NCBI GenBank assembly: GCA_965216315.1
Contig: CBDCFN010000016.1
Span: 1,920,001 to 1,984,000, forward strand
Direction of reading: 5' to 3'
Source of the DNA: a bacterium
GTDB taxonomy: Bacteria > UBA10199 > 2-02-FULL-50-16 > JAJFLM01
Length of the DNA stretch: 64,000 bases
Notes under the pieces: model-generated
Seen by the model: only the letters and a program-made list of their open reading frames with translations
Told to the model about the DNA's origin: nothing
Database searches by the model: none
Translations under genes and position numbers: made by a program
Part shown: in pieces, positions 40,435 through 51,324 of the stretch
How positions within the stretch are numbered: the first letter of the stretch is position 1
How the letters are laid out: the number at the start of each line of letters is the position of its first letter

Positions 40435-43400
40435 TTGAGTATGGGAGACGGTGCGATTCCCAAGGGGAGTAATTCCCCAGGGGACAACTCCATTCAGCCA
40501 ACCGATCAACGGAATGTCGTGGGGACAAATTCCGCAGGGCCCAGTACGGCCTTCCAGAGCCAGCCTCAACTTCCCATCGACGGTTTCCTTGATATATCTT
40601 TGTCCGGACGCCTGCCTCATCGCGGCAAGGACGGTCGCGGCCCGTGGTTTGTGGATCGACATCGTTCACTAGAGCGTTTCGGTGGCGAATTTGCCGTCCG
40701 CGGGGGGCCCTTTGAAGTCAACGGAAAACTCCCGATCCGGAACGGATTCCTCGATCTAAGCGGCAACATACTCAACTTGACGGGCCTGAAATTCTACGAT
40801 GTCGGCGGCGGCACGGTCAGTGGCAATCTATGGAGTGCCGATGGCGCCCTCTTCACCGCCAAGCGTATTTCGCTGGATGAAAATGGTGTGCCGCGTCTTT
40901 ATGGCTCCACTCTCTTTGGAGCCCCCTTTGACGACAAACTCCGCATCGTCGGCAATAACCCGTACGTCTTTCCCTATGGCCTCAATGCCGGTGGCGAGCT
41001 CATCTGTCACGCGAACAATCGCGATACCGTCGTCACTCCCTTTGCGGCTTCCTCTTCGTTACGCGACAACGGGCTTCCGTCCAGCTGGGCTCTTACTTCC
41101 ATGTTGGGGCTCGGTGATGAAATGAAGGACGTCGCCAACACGGTTAGCGATGCCGGAATACTCGAGCTGTACAGCATGGTTTTTCATCAGTCCACTAGCG
41201 ACCTGGAATATGCTCGCAGCGAGCTGACGAATTATCAGCAGACGATCTCCCAAATGGATGCGGCTTCGTTTCGCGTGTTCTATGGACAGCTTTACGAGCT
41301 CGATGACGGGAGACTTTCTCGCATTCCCGATGATTTCCTCAACAAGGCACATGCAGCCTTTGCCAAAGATTTGATTTTTAATGCCGCTCCGCGAGGGTGC
41401 CGGCCCGACCCGAGCTTTGACATCAGCAATATGCCGGACTGGATGAAAAACGACCCGCTCATGCTGATCGACAACGCCCGCATTAACGGAGATTTTGCTT
41501 TTACGGACTCCCACATACGACTCCCATCCCTCCAGGGGAAACCACCCGTTTCGGTTCTCCTGGGGGGCGGAGTCACTAAGGCCACCGTTGATGTCAGTTA
41601 CAAGAACCCCGAACTCATTGCTTGGAAAGGTGGTGAACGCGATAAGGCAACCCTAGCCAATCTCCGCCATGAACGTGAATTCAATGCGGCGATTAAGACT
41701 CAATTCGATATTGTTTCCGTCAAACTGGGCGACAAAGAACTGCGTATCCCGCTGTCCGGCAATATGGACCTGACGGCGCAACTCAAGGGATTATTCCCAA
41801 CTCGCAAACCGGAAAACTTGACCGCCTATATAATGATGAATGGACTGGTGACGCTCAACGGAGACATTGTTGTCCCGGCGCTTGACGGTATGCCCGAAAT
41901 CAAGATTGAGCGCGGCAAAGGAACGAACCAAGTCAGTGCCAAAAATTTTTCGCTCACTCACAAGAATGGACTCATCACCGTGGGCGGTGAACTGGATGCC
42001 CACTTTAATTTCAATAAGCTACAGATTGGCAACATAACGGCACCAGGCCCTCATAACATCGACTTATCAGTCAAAGCAGATGAAAAGGCCGTCGTGATGG
42101 AACTCGGGGGTCGAATGACGCTACCACGTTCCGGCTATCCCATTCCCTTGCAAGTCGCCCTTTCCCGCGGCTACCTTGAACTCGACAAGTTGAAAGTCGT
42201 CATCGATAACCCCAGCTCCATCGACAATGTCAAAGGCACTTTTGGAGGCACCATCGCCCTGAAGGACCTTGCCGGAACGGTTGATAGCCACCCGGTCACG
42301 GCGAACGCCGCGGTTACGATCAAAGATGGCCGGTTTACTTTTAAGCAGGGACAGATCGATGCCGACTTCAAGCTCGGCATCGATGCTAAAGGCACAATTA
42401 ATAATCAAGGCGTCGATATCCAGCTCCAGAGTGATGTCGGCATCCATGACAGCGGTGTCTGCCAGGTTGATGGCACCAGTCTTTCTTGGCGCCACATCGG
42501 CATGCAGAATGTTGGTGGATCAATCAAGGCAAATTTTAACGGCATCGGCATAGATGCCCCGAAGGGCTCATTTGGCGATGGAACTGTCGCGGAATTTGAC
42601 GGTCAAGTGATTTCCCCCGGCATTCACATGAAAGCGGACGTCGATGGCCCGCGTTTCGGACTCTTTGCAACCACAACAATCAACACTCAAGTCAAGGGCG
42701 TTCAAATCGCCACCCCACAGGGAAAATTTGAAATCAGTGGACAGCTTGTCGGGACGATGAAATTTGTCAACATCTCCAAAGATCCAAAGGTCCCTGATTT
42801 TAAACCGGTCGTCGGTTCGATGCGTTTCGAGCTCCGCAATGGTCAAGTCGCCATGATCGAAGGTGGAAGCAAATTGAATGTTCTTAATGGGGCCACCCTA
42901 GAGATTAAGGACAATGATCAGGGTGTATTCAGCCTGATCGCACATAATCGAATTAATCTCGGTGGCGCGATGGCCAAATTCGGCTTAGGTGACATTCGTA
43001 AGACACTCGGCCTTCCGGGTTCCGTTTCCAACCACCTAAAGATCAGTGAAATCAAAATTGATCCTGCCGGCATTCATCAACACTATCCTGAGATGACACC
43101 GGCCGTGTTTGGACTCGCCAATGATCCATTATTGAAAATTGGCCCGACGGGCAATGAGCAATGGCATCAAACCAACCCACCCGACTTTTGTCCGGCCGAC
43201 CCGACAACATACAGTACGCAACCCGTCGCCACCTATTATGACCCGGGCACGATTGATACAATCAACATTCCTTCAATCATCCTGCGAGCGACCGGAGGCG
43301 GTACGACGCTGCTTTCCGCCCATGGCGGGGCTAAAATCAGCGGTCTCACTACCGACGAGCCCAAGGCCAAATATCACTTGGGTACGACGCTCAAAGGACG

Positions 43401-46400
43401 CAAGTTTAAACTGCCTCAAGGTGAGGTCAAAGTTGGCAGTAGTTATCTTTATCTTTCCGGCGTCAATGAAAAGGTAGGCCTCAGCCTACGACCCCCGCGC
43501 GAGATCAAAGTCGACGTAAAACATACGCAAGACGGCATTACTTATGAAGTGAAAGGAACTTTAAAACCGAAAGGTCGCATCCACGCCTCTGTTAATCTAA
43601 AAGGCAAAAGCATTACCATCCACAAACCGAAAAATCCGCATAGTTTTTCCGGCGATGTTGAGATCGTCGCCAAAGATAGTACCGGAAAAATTATTGGTAG
43701 CGGAAAAGTCGGGCTGGAAACAAAGTACAAGGTCAGTGGAACTGCAGGAACGGCTCGGGCCCGTTTCGATATCAGTGTTCCCAGTACAATTCTCTCTGGT
43801 GAACTGACCCACCCCGTGACCACTCAGGGCATAACTATTGCTAAAGGTCTGCGCTTTAAAATTCCCATCACGGGGTTCAAAGGCAAGATAAGTGCCGATT
43901 TCACCAACTCAAATAATCCCAGCATGACCAGCACATGGACGCTGCCGAGTGTCGGCTCCGGCGACAGTGTTCCCGAGGTAACCATCCCTGGGATCCAACT
44001 CGCCGGTCTCGGCGAAAAGGGACATCTTCAGGATATGACAGTCAACTTCCACCTCAACCCCAAAGGACAACAGGTGAAAGTCGACGCGAGCAAAACCGGC
44101 GGCATTACCTTTAGAGCTCTACCCGGACCCAGCGGCAAACCACGTAAGATTGAATTATCCTTTGCAGTCGATGAAAAAGGCAACAAGGTCAAGATCGCCG
44201 GCACCAGCACATCCTCCGCTTTAGTCAGTGGAAATGTCTTGCCAAACGGCGAAATCAAGATAGATGTAAGCCAGCTTTTGGTCGACAGCAAGACCAATGG
44301 AGCCGTTAAACAACCTGTTCAACTTGATTTAAATGGTCTGAATACACTTGCGAAGCTCCCGGGACTGCAGGTCTATTTCAATCCGCAGACTAAAAAGGTC
44401 CGCTTCGTCGTCAAAGCCGCTCCCTACAAAATGCCGGCTCAACCGAAAAGCTTTCAAGATTTCTTCAAATGGACCCCGCAGCAGTGGAAAAAGTACTATG
44501 CGGATGTTAACAAGCAGCAGCACCTCTTGCGCATGTCGGAACCCAACGTCGATGCCCTGCGCAAGGGAGCCGGCCTGCACATCCCGGCGGGTAAAGGCGA
44601 CATCCTCGTCAACCTGAAAAAATCGATTGATATCACCTTCCCGCTCGATAATCAGTTAGCAAGTAAAGTAACCGCGGGACTTAATGCAGTGCTCGATATC
44701 CGTCGCGCGCAACCCGCTCCTCCACCCTGCAACAAGCGCTGTCCGGCCATCATCCTGTCTCATAACCAAGACCCCAAGGGTGTCCTGTATTTCACTGAAA
44801 CACTGGATTCAAAGGGACAGCCGCGGATTCATCCGGATCTTCCGGGACTTCTCGAAAAAGGTTTGGGCATCAAGCGTGATGATGTCGATAAGCTTCTGCA
44901 GGATCGACGTATCGGCCTCCCTGAAGTTATTGACCACGTGTATAAAGATAAGAACGTCAGTCGCTATTTCAGCAAAGCCGATATAGAAAGTCTCCTCAAG
45001 ACTTATCTGACTTCTCCGGTGCCCAACGGAACCTTCCGTCAAATGGCACTCCGCTCCCTGGTAACATTAGCCACGATCCGTAAGATTGGCGATCTTAACA
45101 AGCCTCACAATAAACGTCTCCCCGTCCATGGCCATGTATTTGGACCGGATAGCTATCACAGCGTCTCCAAAGGAGATGGCAGTAACATGCAGTTCTTGGG
45201 TGTTCTGCCGGTTGACCCAGCCAAACTCGAAACCATTTTCAAAAACCCTCGCTTGATGGGGAAATGGGACCACTGGGTGGATCAAATCAAAGTCACCGGC
45301 AATGTCGTTAGCGGACGCCTTCTGCGTAAATATAAATTCACCGTCACGACAACGACGGCGCGCGAAGGCAACATTCGCCTCATTCATTTCCATCTAAAGC
45401 CCAAAAAGGGTGACAAGATGAAGGCCTATACGCGAACGGTCCGCCTCGTTCCCGTAAAGAATGTCAAAGATCCCAAGACCGGGCGCGTTATCAAACAAGG
45501 CACCCTCGTCATGATGGACGAGCATGCCGACTTCGAAGGTCGCGATACCGATCTCCCCTTCCCGCGGACGCGCATTCCCGTGAAGCCAAAGATAGCCTGG
45601 AAAGGTTTTCTAGAGGGAACACTCCGCGTTGTCGAGCCACCGACAAGTAACGTTTCCAAACACGGAATGAATCGTTTTGCGGTCTCGGCGAGCAACCTAC
45701 TCGCCCTGGCAAAAGGAGCGAAACCGGCCTTATCATATGACTCAAGCAGAGGAAGCCAGAGTAAGACGGTCCGCCGTGTCGATTTCCTCACGATGGGACA
45801 AAACAAGAGTTCGCAATGGGTCTTAAAGATAGACCAGAATGCCCGTTCCAATGATGTCCAACCCTATTTCAAGGCCTTGGGCATCCCAGATGCCAAGATC
45901 AATCAATGGATCAATAAAAAGGAACTCCCCCTGGACGATCTCAGAACCTTATCGGGCTTGGATCAATACCTCGACGAGGCGTCGTTCCGCGCGCTGGCCC
46001 ATGCGACGCTGAATCCATCGAGTTCTCAATTTGGTTCCACAACAGAGCGCTATTTCGTCACGCTCGGCCACTTCAAGAAACGCGCCAAGGCCTTACAAAC
46101 CCGCAGTGGCAAGCAATTGAAAGGTGATATCATCGTCTTTAAAGATAGTCGCTTCCATCCCAAAATTTCGCAGAAGAGTCGACGTCAAGGTGATACTGTC
46201 GATTCATTAGGATTCTACTACATACCCGGAACGCTTAATTGGCGTGGCACCAACATGAAACTAGACATCGATAAATTTACGGGAACTATTCACCATGCCG
46301 AGGATTACGCTCGCTTAGACGGTGGCAATTTCGGCAGCTCCAAGGTTATTCCGCACGCGACCTTGTCAGACCCGAGTAAGTCTCCCTCTCTCGCTGGGTC

Positions 46401-46839
46401 TGCCAAGGTCGACACAAATCGGGTCTATACAGGATCTCGCATCGATCTGCCGGGCGGGCTCAAATTGAATTATTTGATTAGCAGTCCCAAGGCTCCGGCC
46501 AAGGTTCACGGGAGCCGCATTTCGGCCTGGAAACTTGAACCGTCCCCACAAATGAATGATTTCTCCGACAATACCGGCTACTGGTTGGTTATCCCGGCGA
46601 AGCAAGGCGGCTTCTTCGTCTTGCGTGCTGGCATCCTGAACTCAAGCTCCGGAAGCGACAGTACGGGAACCGTCGCGGAAACCGGTCGTAAAGGCGTCGT
46701 TAATTTCATGGAGGCCATCGTCACCTCAGCACTTGAATATCAACGCACTGGTAAACGCACGGCCTGGAAGAGCAGCATGGGCCGTGTCCTCGATTATCAA
46801 GTCGGCCAAGTCCTCAACGAGTCCGGCAAGCCCCTCTAA
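40435..46839 (+). CDS. Giant hypothetical protein (2134 aa): beta-rich N-terminal/central region plus duplicated C-terminal module
   Basis: Uninterrupted 6.4-kb ORF; ATG at 40441 is a likely start; no classical signal peptide visible. Confidence 0.8.
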   Translation: MSMGDGAIPKGSNSPGDNSIQPTDQRNVVGTNSAGPSTAFQSQPQLPIDGFLDISLSGRLPHRGKDGRGPWFVDRHRSLERFGGEFAVRGGPFEVNGKLPIRNGFLDLSGNILNLTGLKFYDVGGGTVSGNLWSADGALFTAKRISLDENGVPRLYGSTLFGAPFDDKLRIVGNNPYVFPYGLNAGGELICHANNRDTVVTPFAASSSLRDNGLPSSWALTSMLGLGDEMKDVANTVSDAGILELYSMVFHQSTSDLEYARSELTNYQQTISQMDAASFRVFYGQLYELDDGRLSRIPDDFLNKAHAAFAKDLIFNAAPRGCRPDPSFDISNMPDWMKNDPLMLIDNARINGDFAFTDSHIRLPSLQGKPPVSVLLGGGVTKATVDVSYKNPELIAWKGGERDKATLANLRHEREFNAAIKTQFDIVSVKLGDKELRIPLSGNMDLTAQLKGLFPTRKPENLTAYIMMNGLVTLNGDIVVPALDGMPEIKIERGKGTNQVSAKNFSLTHKNGLITVGGELDAHFNFNKLQIGNITAPGPHNIDLSVKADEKAVVMELGGRMTLPRSGYPIPLQVALSRGYLELDKLKVVIDNPSSIDNVKGTFGGTIALKDLAGTVDSHPVTANAAVTIKDGRFTFKQGQIDADFKLGIDAKGTINNQGVDIQLQSDVGIHDSGVCQVDGTSLSWRHIGMQNVGGSIKANFNGIGIDAPKGSFGDGTVAEFDGQVISPGIHMKADVDGPRFGLFATTTINTQVKGVQIATPQGKFEISGQLVGTMKFVNISKDPKVPDFKPVVGSMRFELRNGQVAMIEGGSKLNVLNGATLEIKDNDQGVFSLIAHNRINLGGAMAKFGLGDIRKTLGLPGSVSNHLKISEIKIDPAGIHQHYPEMTPAVFGLANDPLLKIGPTGNEQWHQTNPPDFCPADPTTYSTQPVATYYDPGTIDTINIPSIILRATGGGTTLLSAHGGAKISGLTTDEPKAKYHLGTTLKGRKFKLPQGEVKVGSSYLYLSGVNEKVGLSLRPPREIKVDVKHTQDGITYEVKGTLKPKGRIHASVNLKGKSITIHKPKNPHSFSGDVEIVAKDSTGKIIGSGKVGLETKYKVSGTAGTARARFDISVPSTILSGELTHPVTTQGITIAKGLRFKIPITGFKGKISADFTNSNNPSMTSTWTLPSVGSGDSVPEVTIPGIQLAGLGEKGHLQDMTVNFHLNPKGQQVKVDASKTGGITFRALPGPSGKPRKIELSFAVDEKGNKVKIAGTSTSSALVSGNVLPNGEIKIDVSQLLVDSKTNGAVKQPVQLDLNGLNTLAKLPGLQVYFNPQTKKVRFVVKAAPYKMPAQPKSFQDFFKWTPQQWKKYYADVNKQQHLLRMSEPNVDALRKGAGLHIPAGKGDILVNLKKSIDITFPLDNQLASKVTAGLNAVLDIRRAQPAPPPCNKRCPAIILSHNQDPKGVLYFTETLDSKGQPRIHPDLPGLLEKGLGIKRDDVDKLLQDRRIGLPEVIDHVYKDKNVSRYFSKADIESLLKTYLTSPVPNGTFRQMALRSLVTLATIRKIGDLNKPHNKRLPVHGHVFGPDSYHSVSKGDGSNMQFLGVLPVDPAKLETIFKNPRLMGKWDHWVDQIKVTGNVVSGRLLRKYKFTVTTTTAREGNIRLIHFHLKPKKGDKMKAYTRTVRLVPVKNVKDPKTGRVIKQGTLVMMDEHADFEGRDTDLPFPRTRIPVKPKIAWKGFLEGTLRVVEPPTSNVSKHGMNRFAVSASNLLALAKGAKPALSYDSSRGSQSKTVRRVDFLTMGQNKSSQWVLKIDQNARSNDVQPYFKALGIPDAKINQWINKKELPLDDLRTLSGLDQYLDEASFRALAHATLNPSSSQFGSTTERYFVTLGHFKKRAKALQTRSGKQLKGDIIVFKDSRFHPKISQKSRRQGDTVDSLGFYYIPGTLNWRGTNMKLDIDKFTGTIHHAEDYARLDGGNFGSSKVIPHATLSDPSKSPSLAGSAKVDTNRVYTGSRIDLPGGLKLNYLISSPKAPAKVHGSRISAWKLEPSPQMNDFSDNTGYWLVIPAKQGGFFVLRAGILNSSSGSDSTGTVAETGRKGVVNFMEAIVTSALEYQRTGKRTAWKSSMGRVLDYQVGQVLNESGKPL

Positions 46840-46897
46840 TCCGCGGGGCTAAATAGCTCTAGCCTTATCCAGTCGAGTCCCTTAGTATTTCGCCCTC

Positions 46898-47566
46898 ATG
46901 GCTTCCACCTCCGTGCGCCATTTCAAAAGGTCTGCATTGATAGCGGCCGTTATCAATGGAATTGCCGCCTTATTAATGTTGGTCGCCCTTCGAGACGGAC
47001 TCTTACCGAGTATCGACATCAATATCCGAGTCGCTTACATCAATGATCATCCGCTCCTCTGGAAATTATCCTGGTGCTGTTGGATTTTTGCGGCCATCAG
47101 CTTGATATATTTCTTTATTCAGTGGGGGCTCTGGCTGGATGAACATTCACAGCGAAAAAATCGAACATTGCTGGTTCCGGGGGTCCTGATAGGCTGTCTT
47201 GGACTCGCCGCGGATACAATCGCTGAAATCCTTTATATTGCTTATATCCCACAGCTCGCACGCGCGCTTCTCATCCCCGAGTTAGAGCGACTGGAGCCAT
47301 TCGTCGCGATGATGACGGGATTCTTAGGGAATGGCTTGTATTGCATCGGCGGCCTGTTCCTGACCACCGCGGCCTTAAAGAGCCTCCAACCTGTCAGGCG
47401 CTGGTTTGCTATGAGCCTCCCCGTATGGATCTTTGGCTTAGGCCTTTCGTGGAGTGCCTTCACTGAGTCAGCTATGGGCATGCAAGTCACGACGGCCCTT
47501 ACGATGACAACCTTTATTATCTGGGCAGGCTGTATTGGGTTCTTTTTTCCCAATCGAATTAAATAA
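46898..47566 (+). CDS. Multi-pass membrane protein
   Basis: About six hydrophobic segments; apparent operon with next two genes. Confidence 0.7.
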   Translation: MASTSVRHFKRSALIAAVINGIAALLMLVALRDGLLPSIDINIRVAYINDHPLLWKLSWCCWIFAAISLIYFFIQWGLWLDEHSQRKNRTLLVPGVLIGCLGLAADTIAEILYIAYIPQLARALLIPELERLEPFVAMMTGFLGNGLYCIGGLFLTTAALKSLQPVRRWFAMSLPVWIFGLGLSWSAFTESAMGMQVTTALTMTTFIIWAGCIGFFFPNRIK

Positions 47567-47568
47567 AC

Positions 47569-48672
47569 ATGAGCACAGCGGTCGCGGTTATTGGAGGAAC
47601 GGGTGTATTTGGACAGTACATCGTCGAAGGATTACTTCAAAGCCCGATTGATTTTTCAATAACTGTCGCCGCCCGAAACAAAAAAACATTCGATAAGGTC
47701 TTTTCCGTGGTTTCACCCCGACTAACGTTCCAAAGTGTCGATCTCACCAATCCCGCCTCACTAGAGCAGCTTTTAGACGGAATTCAAATCGTCATTCTCG
47801 CCGCGGGGCCGTTCCAGGGATTTACGTCACAACTGGCGCTCACTGCCAGCCGTATGGGTGTCCATTATATTGATATCTGCGATGATCCCGCTTACATCGA
47901 ACGGCTCATCACCGTGTCCAAGGAACTCAATCAATCAAAAGCACTTCTTTTAAGCGGACTATCAAGCTTGCCCGGCATTTCGATGCGACTTATTGATATT
48001 GCGCATAATCGATTCGATCGGATTGACTCCGTTTCTATCGGTCTTTTTATCGGCAATAGTAATAAAAAAGGCCACGGAGCTGTCATGTCATCGCTTGACA
48101 GCCTCGACAAGACCGCTAGTGTTATTGAAAACGGGCAGCACAAAGAGATCCCTGTCTGGAGTGACAAGGAGCTGTATCTCTACCCGAAACCCATTGGAGT
48201 GATCCCCTCTTATTCCTTTAATTCACCCGATGCCCTCCTTGCCGCCCAGCATTTCAAGATTCGTGATTTACGGGTGAAAGTAGGATTTGAGTGGCGCCTG
48301 GCTCGCTGGTCCTTTTTGTTCTTCAAGCTTGCAACAAAATTTTGTAGCGTTCGACTGATTAAAGGCCTAGTCAGGGGCTTATTTCCCCTGTTTAGCTGGT
48401 TTCATCGCTTCGGATCTGAACGAGGTTGTGTGAGCGTCATCATGCGTGGCCACCAACAAAATGAGATTAAAACAGTGCGCGCATCACTCCTTGGACTTGA
48501 GAAAGGACAGAGAATGGCCAGCCTCCCTGCCGTGATCGCGGCCGAGGCCATCGCTAACAACGAGGTTCGAGGAACAGGTCTGACTGACCTTATTAGTTGG
48601 CTCCCCAGTAAAGCATTTCTGGACAAGCTCCAACAGAAAGGCTTTGAGCTGCGGATCGAGGAACTTAACTGA
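47569..48672 (+). CDS. Saccharopine dehydrogenase-like NAD(P)-binding oxidoreductase
   Basis: IGGTGVFG, AAGPFQ, HYIDICD, SGLSSLPGIS. Confidence 0.8.
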   Translation: MSTAVAVIGGTGVFGQYIVEGLLQSPIDFSITVAARNKKTFDKVFSVVSPRLTFQSVDLTNPASLEQLLDGIQIVILAAGPFQGFTSQLALTASRMGVHYIDICDDPAYIERLITVSKELNQSKALLLSGLSSLPGISMRLIDIAHNRFDRIDSVSIGLFIGNSNKKGHGAVMSSLDSLDKTASVIENGQHKEIPVWSDKELYLYPKPIGVIPSYSFNSPDALLAAQHFKIRDLRVKVGFEWRLARWSFLFFKLATKFCSVRLIKGLVRGLFPLFSWFHRFGSERGCVSVIMRGHQQNEIKTVRASLLGLEKGQRMASLPAVIAAEAIANNEVRGTGLTDLISWLPSKAFLDKLQQKGFELRIEELN

Positions 48673-49136
48673 TGTATGCCGCGCTTAAAATCATTCATAT
48701 TCTGGCCCTCATCCTATGGCTGGGCCCGGCTATCGGCGCCTACTGGATCCTCCTGAAAATGGGAGACCATGTATCGAGCCAACAAAGGCTTGTCATGGAA
48801 AGAGCCTATGAATTCGTGCTGCGCGTTGAACACTTTGCTTTTCTCATTGTGATTGCGTCGGGATTAGGATTGCTTCATGTAATCGGGAGCGTATTCCTTA
48901 AAGTAGATTGGTTTCTCACCAAGCTCTACCTGATCGCTGGTATCGTTCTCATCGAAATCTTTGATATTTACTTATCTCATTTTTTATTTCGAAGATTAAT
49001 TCGGAAAAGTGGTGAACCTTCGAGTCAGGCATGGAAGCAATTTACCAAAAACAGAAACATTTTTTATTTTATCAGTGTTCCTATTCTTTTATTTTTGGTC
49101 ATTGCCATTCTTTATCTGGTGATTTTCAAGCCCTAG
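48672..49136 (+). CDS. DUF2269-like membrane protein
   Basis: LKIIHILA N-terminus and YLVIFKP C-terminus. Confidence 0.65.
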   Translation: MYAALKIIHILALILWLGPAIGAYWILLKMGDHVSSQQRLVMERAYEFVLRVEHFAFLIVIASGLGLLHVIGSVFLKVDWFLTKLYLIAGIVLIEIFDIYLSHFLFRRLIRKSGEPSSQAWKQFTKNRNIFYFISVPILLFLVIAILYLVIFKP

Positions 49137-49145
49137 CAAACATTC

Positions 49146-49742
49146 TTAGGAACGTTTTTTCTTGGGCTCTAAGCGAAAGGAATCAAAGAACGTCTGAATA
49201 CTCGCCAAATCGGGTTTACTGTGGTCCGTCGTTGCGACCAGAACATACAACCGCTTCTGTACCAAATAAAACCGAGCCTGACCGAGTTGAGAAGGCACTC
49301 GGCTACTATTCAGCACCTTAAAATCCATCTCAGCTGCAAAATAGGGCCCCCACTTGGTAATGCGAAAATCGCGAATTTCACCTTTAGCCGCCTCAAGAAG
49401 TGCTTTCTTAGCCTCACGAAAGATCTTTTTATACCCTCCAAACATGACCGCTATGCCGGGTAGATCCGAATACGAGGCATCAAGCTCGAGATTGTGCCCC
49501 CGCCAGCTAAACAGATGCTCTTCGATATCGCCCAGTGGGCTGTTGACTATTTCATAATGATAAGAGGCTTGGCCGGGCAATAACATGCTGGCGCCTCCGG
49601 CCTCGGAGGTAAACCGTTCCCAGGAGCGCGACCGCGCAAAAGTAGCGCTGCTTAGTATGAGGCAAAGCAAAATAAGTAAGGAATATCGCCCTATTAGAAG
49701 TAGCGATTGGGTCATGCTTGATTGTACCGTGATCTTGCTCAA
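49146..49742 (-). CDS. Exported hypothetical protein
   Basis: Signal-like hydrophobic N-terminus; ends FFDSFRL; start uncertain. Confidence 0.6.
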   Translation of the reverse strand: MSKITVQSSMTQSLLLIGRYSLLILLCLILSSATFARSRSWERFTSEAGGASMLLPGQASYHYEIVNSPLGDIEEHLFSWRGHNLELDASYSDLPGIAVMFGGYKKIFREAKKALLEAAKGEIRDFRITKWGPYFAAEMDFKVLNSSRVPSQLGQARFYLVQKRLYVLVATTDHSKPDLASIQTFFDSFRLEPKKKRS

Positions 49743-49753
49743 AAGAGGAGCAA

Positions 49754-50542
49754 TTAATCGCGACCGGGGTATTTTCCTGCCAACGCCGCGCGAATAATGT
49801 CGAGAACATCCGAACTGAAATCAGCTTTGTCCGCCATCCACTGCAAATAGTTACGTTGATGCGCGACCATATCGCGTAAACGCATCCCTTTATGTTTACC
49901 GAAATTAATGACCGCCTCACCAGCCACCCAGACGAACTTGCCATTATAATCGACATAACGCGGATTCTTTTCGTGACAGTAATCGTGGAGACCTGTGCCG
50001 TCCGCTGGAAGGTCATACCGAGTCACCTGCGCCAATAGAATTTCAGCCGTCGCCTCGGCATCGGCCAATGCAGTATGGGCATTACCATGGTCGCGATCTA
50101 AATAATACTGTACTGCAGCAGATAGGTCGCGTCGTTCATTGCGATGATAAATCGTCATCGCATCGATCAGCTTTCTGTCTTCCGCAAACCCTACGATGCC
50201 AGCATCTTCGAATTCACGGACCAAAATCGGCAGGTCAAACTTTTCCATATTAAAACCGGCGAGGTCACAGGCATCGAGCATTTCGAAGATCTTCGGAGCC
50301 AACTGCGCAAACGAGGGCTGATCCTTTACCATCTCATCAGAAATGCCATGAATTTCCGTTGCCTCTTTGGGAATAGGAATGCCGGGATTGATCAGCAGCT
50401 CTTCACGGACGTCGATGACTCCCTCCGCATTGAGGCGTACCATTCCAAATTGGACGATCTTGGTTGTAGCGACGTCTACGCCGGTTGTCTCCAGGTCAAA
50501 GACGGCGATCGGCCGAGTCAGCTTGAGAGGCCCGTCAGACAT
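49754..50542 (-). CDS. DEDDh 3'-5' exonuclease (DnaQ-like) with C-terminal FGKHKG domain
   Basis: FDLETTG, GFN..FDL, HTALAD. Confidence 0.9.
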   Translation of the reverse strand: MSDGPLKLTRPIAVFDLETTGVDVATTKIVQFGMVRLNAEGVIDVREELLINPGIPIPKEATEIHGISDEMVKDQPSFAQLAPKIFEMLDACDLAGFNMEKFDLPILVREFEDAGIVGFAEDRKLIDAMTIYHRNERRDLSAAVQYYLDRDHGNAHTALADAEATAEILLAQVTRYDLPADGTGLHDYCHEKNPRYVDYNGKFVWVAGEAVINFGKHKGMRLRDMVAHQRNYLQWMADKADFSSDVLDIIRAALAGKYPGRD

Positions 50543-50625
50543 ATCCTATCGGTAGCCTTTAGGCCTTGTGGATGTCTAATGATTTCTCAGGGCAACTTTT
50601 CAGGGCGACGTGCGATAGGAGAGCC

Positions 50626-51324
50626 ATGCACGTAGGCCCCCTAAACAGCATTTCGGCCGCTCTCCTGCAGGGCATTGCGGAGACGGTCACCTATCAGCAC
50701 GTCGCCGAAGATTTGCTCAGACAGGCTGTCACCTTAGATGAAATCAGCCGACACGCGATTGTCTCCGGTTTCGGAGATATCGATGATGCAACCGAAACCC
50801 TCACCCTCGATCCAAATCGCATCAAAGATCCGGATGCATTTCTACGGGCACAAGAAGTCTTTGATAAGGTTCGAAGCTACGTTAACCACCTCGGAGAGCA
50901 GATCCCGCTGCTGGAAGATGTACTCTCCAAATTAGACTACTGGTCGCACAGCATGTCACATGTTTTTCACCTCTTCGACCAAACGCCACGGGTGATCGGC
51001 TACATCCACAATGTACAACGCAATCACATTTCCTACGAACCGGTCGAACGCTTTGATGTCCGCTATGCCCTCCAACACTATCTCGGCCTGGCGCCGGACC
51101 CTGTTTTCGGTTCTGGCATTGCTTACACGGATCCACAGGTCATTGACACACTCACGCCGTTCGGTTTCGGCGTTACAGTTTACCTGAATATCGCGCTGAA
51201 CCCGGATCTTATTGCGGAGGGAAGACTTCCCAGTCGCTTCGAATTTGGTAGGATCTCCAGGCCTGTCACTCCAGCCCCCGTCACTGTTGAATCCGACGGA
51301 ACCATACGCTTAGCAGCCGTCTAG
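50626..51324 (+). CDS. Hypothetical protein
   Basis: ORF with GGAGAG RBS before ATG 50626. Confidence 0.6.
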   Translation: MHVGPLNSISAALLQGIAETVTYQHVAEDLLRQAVTLDEISRHAIVSGFGDIDDATETLTLDPNRIKDPDAFLRAQEVFDKVRSYVNHLGEQIPLLEDVLSKLDYWSHSMSHVFHLFDQTPRVIGYIHNVQRNHISYEPVERFDVRYALQHYLGLAPDPVFGSGIAYTDPQVIDTLTPFGFGVTVYLNIALNPDLIAEGRLPSRFEFGRISRPVTPAPVTVESDGTIRLAAV

